Shown: positions 1-11,700 of the stretch, in pieces
Numbering within the stretch: position 1 is the stretch's first letter
Layout: the number at the start of each line of letters is the position of its first letter
Source: Klebsormidium nitens
Taxonomy: Eukaryota > Plantae > Klebsormidiophyceae
Length of the DNA stretch: 64,000 nt
Assembly (NCBI GenBank): GCA_000708835.1
Contig: DF237390.1
Coordinates: 12,824-76,823, forward strand
Reading direction: 5' to 3'
Position numbers and translations under genes: made by a program
Notes under the pieces: model-generated
Told to the model about the DNA's origin: nothing
Databases searched by the model: none
What the model saw: the letters and a program-made list of their open reading frames with translations, nothing else

Positions 1-164
1 GCGACCAAGGAAGCAGAAGATCTAAGCCAAGAACTGAACGGCGAGCAGGAAAGAAGAGGTTTTCGAAAGGAGGAAACCAATGGTGATCCATTTTCGCAAA
101 CCATACGTGCGGGCATGCAACATAGATCGAAAAAGCCGTCTTGAACGATGAGTAGCGCACTCAC

Positions 165-3100
165 TACTTGTCTCCCTCGCTGTGAGATTGCAGCCCCGAC
201 TTCTGAGCATCGAATACGACCACCACTTTGATGCCTGCAGGCACGAGCGGACCGCATTTAATGCGGCAGCTTGTCTTGCTGCGTCGACACGTGTTCCCTT
301 GTGCATACTCAAGAGTTTCGTGCCATTCATACCGCGTCCCAACTTTCGCAAGTTTCCATTGAGGGAGGACTAAAATATCCGCCGTCGGATGGTATGGTTC
401 ACTTTCTGATCTGACGGCTTCGCTTGTCCAACGTGGAAAATACCTCCTAAAAGGTCGTAAAAAGTGCGCTGCGGTATGTACCAGCCAGGGAGCGCGGAAG
501 GTACCAGGTACCTTTTACGATGCCACGTCAATAAACCTTCCTCTTCAAGTCTTGGTCCGAAAGAGGACTCCAAGATATGGACACTCCAGACTCAAGTTGC
601 GGAAAATGGGACTCGGTATAAAGGGCACGAGAGTCTTGTACCACCTTGGACGGCATGCGTTTCCACTCAACTTCGACTTGGATGCCTCAACCTTTCATTA
701 TGGTCGGAAGCCCCCATCTTCAGTGTACGGCTGATCACCATATTTCACTGACATTCTTGCATGCGGCGCACTGTCTCCTAAAGTTTTACAATCTAGGGAC
801 TTCGTCTTTAGGTTCGTACAGAGTATGCGCTTTCAACGCTTCTTCGCACCGGCATGCTTTCGAACACGTGTAGGCCCCTCGCACACTTGACAAAGCGATC
901 GCCTGAGGTGAGCGTCAAGGCTGTTCGCTTCAGACTTTGACCTCTCTCCGTTCCGCAAATGAAGAGAGTCTGATTGCTTCGAGGAACGTGATCCGCATCT
1001 CACCTTTGCACGCGCCGTATGTTTGCAGCTCCACGATGAGCTTGGCACGCGCGGCCTCAAGGTCCCCCTTAGAAAAGTGCTTCTTCAGCTTGGGCCAGTA
1101 GCCGCACATGTTGTACCCGTCCACCAACAACACTGGGGGCTCCAGATTCAGCTCTTCCATGACGCCCTGCCTGCACGCAGAATCTTTTTTGGTTCAAGTT
1201 TCTTGGCGTATTTCGTTGATTCGGTTCCTATCTTGTAGCTCTCTTCCTGCCGCTTATCTCCCTAGACACACGGGTCCATGTCTCTGAGACGCCCTGCCTG
1301 CGCCGATGTCAGCATTTCGCTGTCTTTCGTTATCTTGTCGTGTTTCCGTCTCTATCTCCTTTCTGAATCTTCGTCCACCAGCAAGACGGGTGGCTCCAGG
1401 TTCCACACCTCCGACAAGCCCTGCCTGCGCACAGACCGCGTTTTGCTTTGCTTCGAAGATTCTTTGTGTTATTTCGAAGGTCTCGTTCTCTTTCCTTGAC
1501 TTTGTTCCACCACTTCAGTATCTCTCTGGGAAAACATTCCACCAGCAGCGACGAGGCGTCAGAAATTGATCCCTCAGCACGCGGGGCCTGCAAAAGGAAG
1601 CATTCCCTTGTCGCTGGTTTTTTTCTTCCTTCTGTTCGCTTTCAACTTTCGCAAAACATCGGGTCTCTGATGAGTGAATCTAGGAGTCCGCCAAAGATAT
1701 GCTTGGTACGAGCAATCCGCCAGAGAGCCTAAAGATGAATCCCCAGAATCGGCTGCAAGATACACGGCAGGATGAAAACTACCTATCGAATTTGGTTGTA
1801 AAAATTCTTTTTCTGAAGGCAGTACCAGTAAAGTAAGCAAGCATTGCCGGTTGCAAAGGAAGCCACACTCTAGACAAACGACCAAACAGCGGTGACCGGC
1901 AGCAGTGCGACCCATGTTGCTCATGGGTACTTGATTCATTCGTTGGGGTACCGCATTCGTTCTTCCCACGACTCATAACCACTCTGTCGAAAGCGCGCAC
2001 TCGGAATTCCGTCTGCTCTATGGGATTGCAGGAGATCTCTGCGATCCAGTCCCCACAAAGAGGAAGATGACGGGAGAGAATGGGCAATGGGCAAGAAAGA
2101 AGCGGAAAGGATGGGGAGCTGCAAAAAAGAAACAACAAAGATAGGCACAGTCTTTAGTCTCGGGTCTTAGGTTGCGCTTCGACCGAAAACCTACTTGGCC
2201 TCCAGTGTTGCCTTATGCAGTACCGACTGGTAGTAGGTACGGTACTTTCAACTTAAAGACACCTCTGGTATGTACCTTGGGTTCCACGTGGATCCGACAA
2301 GCAATTCAATTGGCTGAGAAATCTGGAAAAGCTTTTGGCAGCTTTCCGGTCGACGCGCACCCTTAGCTCACCCCATGAGACTGGTGGACGGTGCCACGAC
2401 GTCCCCGCTTGCGACCCCGCTGCTTTCAGACGGCCGCTCCTTCTTTCTCCGGTACCCCGTGGCTTGGCGGACCGGAGGGCCCGAGGCATTCTTCTGGTAC
2501 TCCTGTAGACATACAGCGGGGCATTCAAAAGATTGAGGAGAGGGGCCAAGGACAATTGAAGGACGATTCAAATGCAGGAGGAGACAGATAGAGAAAACAA
2601 GAAAGGGGGCCCGAGACATTCTTTTGGTACTTTTGTGGATAGAATCGGAGCAGACAAAAGATAAGTAGAGGGGGGGGATAGTTTGTAAACCGAGAGAGAT
2701 TGGGATACCGTTGACAGGGGAACAACAAAGGGGGCCAGGGAGGAGACGATTTCTAGAACAAGAGAGACTGGAGCTTAAAGGTAAAAACAGGAAAGAGGGC
2801 CGTGACCTTTTTCTGGAACTCCCGTACATAATTGACTCTCCCACAAATTAGTAGAGGGACAGGACCTTTTCAAAGAGGCGAGTTTGGAGTGGGGTAAACC
2901 CAAGTCGAGAAACCGGATCGGTTTGGGGAGGCTGAGGCAATCTTTGGGTGCCCCTCGCCAAGAGGGTAGACAAGGGAGTGTAAGCAAGTTAATGCGAAGA
3001 ATGATGAATAGGAAGTAGAACTACCCGGCTCCTTCGAGATAACACCCAGCCAGCTCTTCTCTCTTTATGCACGTGCCTCTCTCCTCACTTCTGCTAGAAT

Positions 3101-4495
3101 ATCACTTTTGCCCCCTGTGTTTCATACGCTTTGATGCACCCGTGTCCAGCCACAAAAGTACCAAAAAAATCTTTGAAAAGGTAGAAAAACAATGGAAGAA
3201 AAGGAAAGCAGGGAATATAGCGGGCACGGAAGAGAGTGGTCCGAATGTTTTCACATCAGGAACAAAGCAGAAGGGGGGAACAAGAAGGAAAACAAGGAAG
3301 AAGTCACCTTGAGCGCCTTGACATAACGTAGCTGGTACCGCACCGGAATATTGATGTTGGTGGAGACCCTGGGCGGGGTAGACTGTTAAAAGGAAACCGT
3401 GATTGTTAGGGGCAGATAAGAGGACCGTATAACGAAAAGGGGCAAACAAGGCATGGTTGCTTCACGAAATCCGCATATGCTTTTGCGAGATGGTGAAAAA
3501 AATGGGGGTTGTCATCACACAAGTTTGCTCTAAGCAATACACATTGAGAGCAAACGGTTCCAACGGGTCCAAAGGGATCATCCTCGCTTCTGTTCTTTTT
3601 TCATTGTTTCGTTTTACGTACCGCAACTGGAACCACAGAGGATGAGATGTACTCATCAAGACTTGGAAGAAATCAAAGGCCAAATGAGCTGCGACTTCAT
3701 ATTGGGAAAATGGAGGGAAGGCGACGAAATGGATGCATTGTCAAGGCTGAATCAGGTTTTATGGCCGTTTGTATGACGCAAGGAATTTACTATTGTCACT
3801 CAGATGATGTGTAAGCATATACGGGGTCATTGTTGTGCCCTTCACTTTTCAAACCACTCCAGGAGCCTAGAAGGATGCATCTATTCAGCTTTTACCTCAT
3901 CGCGCACAGGTCTGAGTTTTACACAGCCAAGCACAGCGCCAATCAAAAGCTGTCAAGTTGCTGGGAAAAATCAAAAAAGAGAGCATTTTCACAGAAGTGT
4001 GTACTCAGAATGTAGCTTGTATCTCACCTGCCGGCCATCAGTGTCGCTCTTGGGCCCCTCGTCCCCACCACCCTTGGCGCCCTTCTTAGCACCGCATGTG
4101 ATCCTCCCCCGGCGCCTACGACAACTAGAATGGAAACTTTCTGCAGCATGCCCCTGGCGTCTCACACCACCGACACCTGCCAGGCGATCCTTCGACCTCG
4201 CATGCAAGAAGCGCTCCTCGTGTCCTTCCACTCCGAACCCATGCAGGCAATCGGTTAGCTGCCTTACGCCAGTGAATGAAATACAGCATAGATCAGCTTT
4301 CAGGTAGGGACCCGCTTGAAGTCCCCGGTATCTGCTCTGCAAACGGAAGCCTGCATTGTCCAGATCTTGCAGCGCATTACACAGCAGACCATGCCGTGTT
4401 GGCACGTTAAACCCTCGTGCAGTCGCATGCCATAACTCTACACTGGATGGTGCAAACACGCGCTGCCCGCTGAAGGGCCCAGCTGCCAGCATCAT
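165..4495 (-). CDS. YacP-like NYN-domain RNase, probably plastid-targeted; 3' end lies beyond the left edge of the window
   Basis: Phase-consistent GT-AG exons 4495-4028, 3382-3308 (STPPRVSTNINIPVRYQLRYVKALK), 2502-2372 (EYQKNASGPPVRQATGYRRKK), 1170-1004 (EPPVLLVDGYNMCGYWPKLKKHF..ARAKLIVEL) and 234-165 (GIKVVVVFDA). VLLVDGYN and VVVVFDA are recalled as YacP/NYN motifs. Confidence 0.88.
1275..1450 (-). repeat. Two intronic copies of the acceptor and start of YacP exon 4
   Basis: Minus strand: gcgcag|GCAGGGCTTGTCGGAGGTGTGGAACCTGGAGCCACCCGTCTTGCTGGTGGACG (starts 1424) and gcgcag|GCAGGGCGTC (starts 1297), versus the real gtgcag|GCAGGGCGTCATGGAAGAGCTGAATCTGGAGCCCCCAGTGTTGTTGGTGGACG (1170). Confidence 0.85.
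2595..2830 (-). repeat. Two degenerate intronic copies of the start of YacP exon 3
   Basis: AAGTACCAAAAGAATGTCTCGGGCCC (starts 2632) and GAGTTCCAGAAAAAGGTCACGGCCC (about 2821), versus the real GAGTACCAGAAGAATGCCTCGGGCCC (2502). Both copies have lost the AG. Confidence 0.8.
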
Positions 4496-5770
4496 TCATG
4501 GGCCGGGGTGGCGTCAAACTGGTGGTCCTCCCTTTCAAAAGATGGGGGCTTCTGCAGCGCCCGCCACCTGACTTGAGCTTAAAACGTAGCTACCTAATTA
4601 GACTGCATGCTAGATCAAGAGTGACGTGAGAAACCCGGCCCCTGCTCCTGCTGGTGCCACCAGAGCTGCCCCTGCTGGCACCCGGATCACAGCTAGCCGA
4701 GCGCAGCAGCAAAGCGCAGAGCTTCTATTTGAATATGCTAATGGTCTACAGAGCTCTGCTGAGTGGCCCCAGCAACGTTGTAGCCCTGCAACTCGGAACA
4801 GCGCGCGCTCGCGCGCCGCTCAACAACGATCGGTGACGTGGCCGTATGACCAATGTGCACCGCGGCCTGTGGTCCTTCTGACTTCAGCTGCCGCATGGTT
4901 TGGCCAAGGCGGATTCACATGGGATGTGGCCAGCACGGGCAGCTACAGTGCCAATTAAAGCTCCACGGGCAGGCTGACTTTTACATCCCTCATGACGTAC
5001 CATGGGTAACCAGGCTTTCATCACTGATTATACGATCACCATACATATACTTGGCATGCGACATGATCCAAACATCACTCGATATATATCAGCAAGCATA
5101 ACAGTTTTAAGAAAGCACCTAAATATTAAAGCTAGCCTGAGCGGCCCTCGTGCAAACTCGGGATGCATCATGATGGATGCATTATAGTATGCATTCGCTA
5201 AATGTACGTTCACGATCTTGCCCTCCTCTTCGAACGTAGAGTCTGAGATGAGTCTGATTACCGCGTCGCCATCTTCTCCCCATATGCACAATTTGTACAA
5301 ACAAACGGCCACCTCACCGGCTGTGATTTGAGGACATCATCATGGATCATCGTCACTTGTAGCGGATCCAAGTGAGAAGTTACCATCGAAACCAGAATGA
5401 CTAGAACTGATTATTGACTTGCTAGCCTGTCCTCATGCCTCTTGGGTGTCCGGAAAATCAAGCGTAGTCCGCACTCGAAGGCGTAGACGAGAGTAAACCA
5501 GCGACTTGACGTTCGATCCTTGCACATGAGCTCATGGCCGGAGAACTATGTACGACTGTATACCTAGTTTGTTTTCCTTTGACATGGACACGTGGCTAAA
5601 TTAAGGTTAAGAAAACTCGTGGTCCTCCTTCTTGTGGTCCTTGAACCCGATTGCACATGCAGCTAGCAGCTCGCTAGCAATGCATCATTGACCATGAGGC
5701 CCATCCTCGAAGATTAGTCAAAAACTTCAAGCTGTACTAAATCGATTTCGACTTTCTAGCTAGCACGTTA

Positions 5771-8700
5771 TCACACCGGCTCCGCGTCCATGGACGCAAA
5801 CCGCTTGAAGCTCTTGGCCGACACGGACTCGCGCCGCTGGCGCGTGACACGCGCCACCGCAAACACGGCCAACGCCACGACCGCAATTACGCCCACTAGG
5901 ATCCCGACCACAATTCCGACAATCGCCCCCGTGGAAAGCCCGCTACTCCCCCCGCCGTCACTATTTACCACAGGGACTGCACTAGAAGTCGTCGATCCAC
6001 CAGCCAAGGCCGCGGCCGCGGCCGCCGCCGTCGAGGGGCTCGGCGTTTCGACAACGGGGTTGATGCCGACAACACCGGGCACGGGAGTGGGGACCGGGGC
6101 GCCCGCGCTCGAGGCAGGGCCCTTGTTTGCGTAGGGGCCGGGGGATCCCCCGGTGGATACGCTGCAGGCAAGCATCGGAACAGTTCAGTGGACAAAGCTT
6201 GCGGTGAGCAGTGTCTCGCAACGTCTTGGATCCAGGCTGCGGGATTTGATGGGAAGGGTATGAGGCGACAGAGCGCCGCACAAAAGGCTTGTGAACGGCT
6301 TCCATGTAGAATTCGGGGCTGAGCAAAATGCAGAAAACCGACGCGCACAATGATCAAGCGCCCGCGGCGGCTCACCGGACCTCTGTGACCAGACGAGATT
6401 CTGAGCAGAGAGACAATCTTGACAAGCGGCATCGAGATAGTCCCCAACGTGGGCACGGCCCAGTTCGCCCACAGACAATCAGCAAGAAGATGATTTGCAA
6501 CCGAAGCATACCAAGCAAACAGTGAAAGGAGCCCAAACGGTTTGAAAGGTTGCAGGAACATGGCTGAAGAGTTCTGGCAACCACAATCATAGGCCGTCAG
6601 AGAGGGCTCAATATATAGGAGGCACTAAAAGACAGAACACAAAGCGCCCATGACGACGCAATCTGCAGACACCCCGCAAAACACGAATGACAGGCAAAGC
6701 ATCAATTTCTGGTCCTCTCCTACCCCGGAACCTGGTATGCTCCTAATACCATAGAAGTAATGGATATGATAACCGAAGGAATATTAGACATAAGGAACTA
6801 TTAGAGAATTGAAGATAACAATCGGCAGTATCACAAATAACAATAGAAGTGTCAAATTGACCCACCCCGCAGGCACCCCGCACGCGACGTTTGCAATTTT
6901 GGTGCTGGTGCCGTTGCACGTCAGCTGGTTCCCTGCGAGGTCGACGAAGGTCCAGGCGGGGAGGCGGGTCGCCTCGAAGAAAGACGGGACGGTGCCGCTG
7001 AGGATGTTGTAGCTGGCGTCGAAGATCTGCACGAAACCCGCCATTAACCACGGTCGGTTCGCGTTTGAAAAGAGAGAGGACTCGCTGACCAACGAATATG
7101 TGTACGAAAACTCGCCGTTAACCACGGTTGGTTAGCGCAATAAAAACGCGAGGACTCGCTGACTAACGGGACGACTCGAAGAAAAAGTGAACGCTGCCCG
7201 ATAAAATGTTGTAACTGGCGTCGAAGATCTGCACGAGAACCACCAATACCACGGTAGGTCAGCGTAAGAAAAGGAAGAGGACTCGCTAAGTAACGCCCAG
7301 GCGGGCAGGCATTCGCCTCGAAGAAAGACGGGATGGTGCCGCTAAGGGTGTTGTGACAGGCAATGTAAATCTGCACGAAACCCGCCGTTAACCACACTCT
7401 GTTAGCAACTCTTTGAAAGATCAAGTCCTTATAGCAAATCTTTTGTTCTTTGGACTGAAAATGATTGTGAAAAAGGCAACTCGCTGCCCACGTTTCGTTA
7501 CTAAGATGCACAAGGAAGTCAACGAAACCTTAGGCACAATCAGTTTACGGTGAAGTAGAAATAATCCACGCAAGCTAACAGTAGTTGGCAAACCACGAAC
7601 GAGGGGATCGCGCTGCTCAGGACAATGAAGACACCGCTGCCGATCCCGGGACACTGATTGACGCAGAATGCGAGCAGTTTCTTAGAAGGAAGTCATTCCA
7701 AACAGGCAACCAACACAAGGCCCGGTAGTATCGAGCGATTTACGCAATGCGAGCAATTTCTTCCGAAAGGAGGTCATTCAAGCCAGCAAATAACTCAATC
7801 TGGGCACACAACGAGACTCAAGCGCATGCTCACCTGAGAAAGAATGTTCCCCGTGTTCGGGTCCAGCTTCGCGGAGCGCGTGTCGAACACGGGCAGCGTC
7901 GAGTAGGTCGCCGGGATGGGCCCCGTCAGCTGGTTGCTCGTCACGTTGAAAATTCTCACCGCGCTAGTTGCGGTGCCCAGATCCGGGAGCGAACCGCTCA
8001 GGAGGTTGTTCGCGGCCGCGAATGCAAACAGGTTGGGCAGCGTCAGCAGGCTGAGGGGGATCCCCCCGGAGAGGAAGTTGTTGCTGGCCTCGAGAGAGAT
8101 GAGGTTGGGCGTGTTCCAGACTTGGGGGAAGGCGCCGGTGAAGTTGTTCACTTCCAGGCTGGTTGGAGGTGAGAAAAGGCAATGTTAATTACTGTGGGCT
8201 TTCTAAAAAACGATGATTATGAACGCCCAAATTCACACTGTTGACTTGCTTTGCACCATAATCCAGCGCAAAGCCTCTTATGAATTCAAAACCGGTTCAA
8301 GTTGTGAACTGATTGCTCCGAACAAAAAGAAGCATGAAACAGGGTCAGCACAACTGTTGTGGATCGGTTCCGCCAATCGCTTTGCGAGGGCGAAGCGAGG
8401 ACCCCGTCCAGCCTACGGAGACGAACTGAGATAAGCTTCTGAGGGCCAAACATCTGAGCACAGCGCTTGCGAATCATTACCAACATTTGGTACGGGTCAA
8501 TCTGAAGAAGAGGGATGAGAAAGAAGCTGAGTAAACGTGCAAGACCTCAAGACTTCTCAGGGACTTGGATAAGAGAAAGTGCCGCTGCTTGGCAAAACAG
8601 ACCCTTGCGCTTCAGAACACCATTGCTTTGAGGGTGCACGTAACAGAGGAGACCAACCGAAGGAGCCGGTACTTACTACATTTGCTGGAGAACCGGCGCG

Positions 8701-11700
8701 TTTGCGAAGTCGGCGATGCCACCTGTCAGCTGGTTGTTGTTTAGGAACAGCGTGCGGAGTTGAGGAGATGTGGTCAGGGACGTGGGGACCGGACCCGTCA
8801 AACTGCAGAAAACAACCCCTTTTCAGCCGCCACCTAGGCCTAGTACGAGCTTGATTTGTAGGTTCAATTTCACCCCCTGGAGGAACTAGATAGAATCGAG
8901 GACTCGGTTGTCGGTCGTCCCATAAACTGCGGAGCAGAAAGCCTTCGGGAAAGGTTTGCATCGGGACACCTCACCAGTAAATAGAAACCAATGCCAAAAA
9001 AGGGCCAGGAATTGGCGAGGATTCACGAACAAGAACATCGTCCACGGTAGAAGTCGACAAGCACACACCAATACGCCCTGTTTCGCTAATACTCCAATGA
9101 ATTGTAATGGTTTCCTGTCACCCCTGAACATCTATAGCTCTTAGTGCCAATCTGCCATCAGGTTCCGAATGCTGCAAGGATACTTCGTGCGCCGTCCGAT
9201 TGACGACAGAGGAGCTGTCGAACGGCTCACGACCAGGAACCGAGCTTAGAGAGATCGAAACCCGATGGCAAATGCACCGCAGACAGCTCTAGAACGCGAG
9301 CAACTCACCGGTTGTTGTTCAAGAGAAGCGAGTCCAAGCGCGGCCCGACAATCCCATCTGGAATGGTCCCCGTGATGTAGTTCTGCGATAGCTCCAGCAC
9401 TTGCAGGTTGGTTGGGAGCCCAAAGTCCGCAGTGAGCGTGCCGGTGACGCCAGCATTCGCCGCGTGGAAGCTCCGGAGCTCGGAGTTGGCGGGAATCGTG
9501 GCCGGCAGAGGTCCCGTAAACCTGCACCAGTTTGAATCTTACTTAGAAAAGACGATTGAGCCAACACTGGCCCTATCAGCCTTTCCTGGCCTCGACTCTG
9601 CGCATCCAGCTGGACGTACCAAGCTACAAAAGTCAATCGACATTTCTATTCTCCATCCCTAATAGCTATCACCCGCCCAGCGTCACGTCCCCGTTGCACG
9701 AGCTGTGGGCGCCAGAAGTGGCAGACTTCATGTATTCTACACTGGAACCTTCGAAAGTGCTTGAAGTCAGACTACACATGGCATCCAGAATCGCTGGACC
9801 TGTGAGTCTCAGATCAAGGATCATGCCACCCTAGGTCCCTGCGACTGCAGCAAACGGTCGAGGGCTCGCTCACATGTTGTTGTTATACCAAAGGACCCGC
9901 ATCTCCGGTTTCTGTGCGTAGCAGGCCGGCAGGGTCCCATTGAACTGCAGAGCAAGAAACGGTCATATGAAACTCACTTTCACCAGTGGTGGGGACATAA
10001 AGGGCGCCAAATCAGTCGGTCAGGCGTACTCCAAGAGCCGGGAGAAAACGGCCGCTATGGTCGATCAATGACGATTCGGACAGAGATACTCGGGTTGTAA
10101 CTTGACCAACGGATACAATCTGTGGCCGCAAAAGCGCTTGTGTGATGCGCCACGAGCGGCTCGTCACCTGGTGGTACCTCTGAATTTTCGAAAGCGACGA
10201 GCTCCAGCTACCCGTAGATCGAGTCTGCCGATTCTAAAACCAATTCGGCTTTGCCCGTCCAGAGCATCAAAATCCGATGTCAGGGGCACCAGTCTCGGCA
10301 TTTGCTAACTGCCAAGTCCGAACCCGCACCTCACTTGAAGGCTCTTTGCAGTCCAGGCAGCGTGCCAATCTTGTACGCCATGTCACACGACAAAGTCTAA
10401 GCTGAGCCTGGAGGCGCGTGCCACAATTCGACAAATCTGTTGACACTAGATGCAGGGCTATTCGACTGCACGAGCAGATCCAGCGCTTCCCAATTCCGGA
10501 CGACTTGTTCGACGTAGTCGCAGGGCCAGTTTCAATTTTGAGGAAACTAAGATGGGCAAGTCAGATACCAGCAGTAAGCCAAGACCGCAAGTCCTTTTGT
10601 TGATCGAACGATGAGCCACGTCCGAACACCCAGAGCAGACTCCTTACTCCAAACATAGTTTGACTTTGGACGGCGCGCTCACATTGTTTGTAGCAACGTT
10701 GAACTCCAGGAGGGGCGTGCCGGGGGTTGCGAGGTCGCAGGTTACGGTACCCGTGAACTGGTTCAGGTCGAGAGTCAGGACCTGTACGGGACGGACTAAC
10801 TTCCGGTTACTGCAACTTTTCATGGGCTTTTCAAGGTTACGAACCAGTGAAAAGCGGACGTATTCGACGCATCTGCATGACGTCACCGCGCGACTGCTTA
10901 GCAGTTCGCTCTGCTCTTCCGTCCTCAGAAGACAACTGTCTCCGATTGTGCTCCGAGCACAAAACACTGCTAAACGGTGACCGGTGCTGACGTTGACGTC
11001 TGCCCCAATGGTAAGCCTTCGTTAGCAAATGTCAAGCTGGAAAGCAACAACGTGTCCGGGTCCAGTGAAGACCGAGGGAATGCCTTTCCACGGATTCACT
11101 GAAGACTCCACTTGGAAAAGGAGGAGATAAACTGAAGGACTGGAGCCTGAACCAGAGAGGGGATCTGCCCTTGGACAACGTCCATTCTCCAACACGAACT
11201 GGTGATCATGGTCAGAGGGTTATTGGCAGGAAGTGGATGGAGAAAGGACGGTTCGCAGAAAGGTCATTCTACGGTGGCAGCGATATGCTCTGCTTAGAAA
11301 CCGTTCAGAAATGCATGCCGATGGCCCCCTCTAACTCGTTTCTGCTGCTTCCCAAGGCAAACATGAAACCCCAAACATACGTACTCAGTGACAGGGAATT
11401 CAAAGCTAACCTGTAATGAAACCACGCACTCTAGACTACGGGATTCGATTAGCACTAATTTGGGTCTACATCCCTTTGCGAATCTAAGTACACTTGTGGT
11501 ACCCGTTCCCCTTGGCTTTCGGTTTCAACTGCTTCTCACAGAGATCGCTCTTCCTGACTAGACAACGAAATTGCAAGACCATCATCGGCTCAGGCTTCGC
11601 CTTCCGCACATTTTCAGCAACCAAGCCTACCGCAAACGACTAAGCGTCCCCCAGTCACATACCTGGAGGTTGGGAAGCCTAGCCAGCTGAAGCCAATCCA

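Noticed and set aside
2620-3170. 17-bp inverted match ccacaaaagtaccaaaa (3148-3164 versus 2620-2636) as MITE terminal repeats
   Set aside because: One arm is a ghost exon copy, the match is low-complexity and no target-site duplication was seen.
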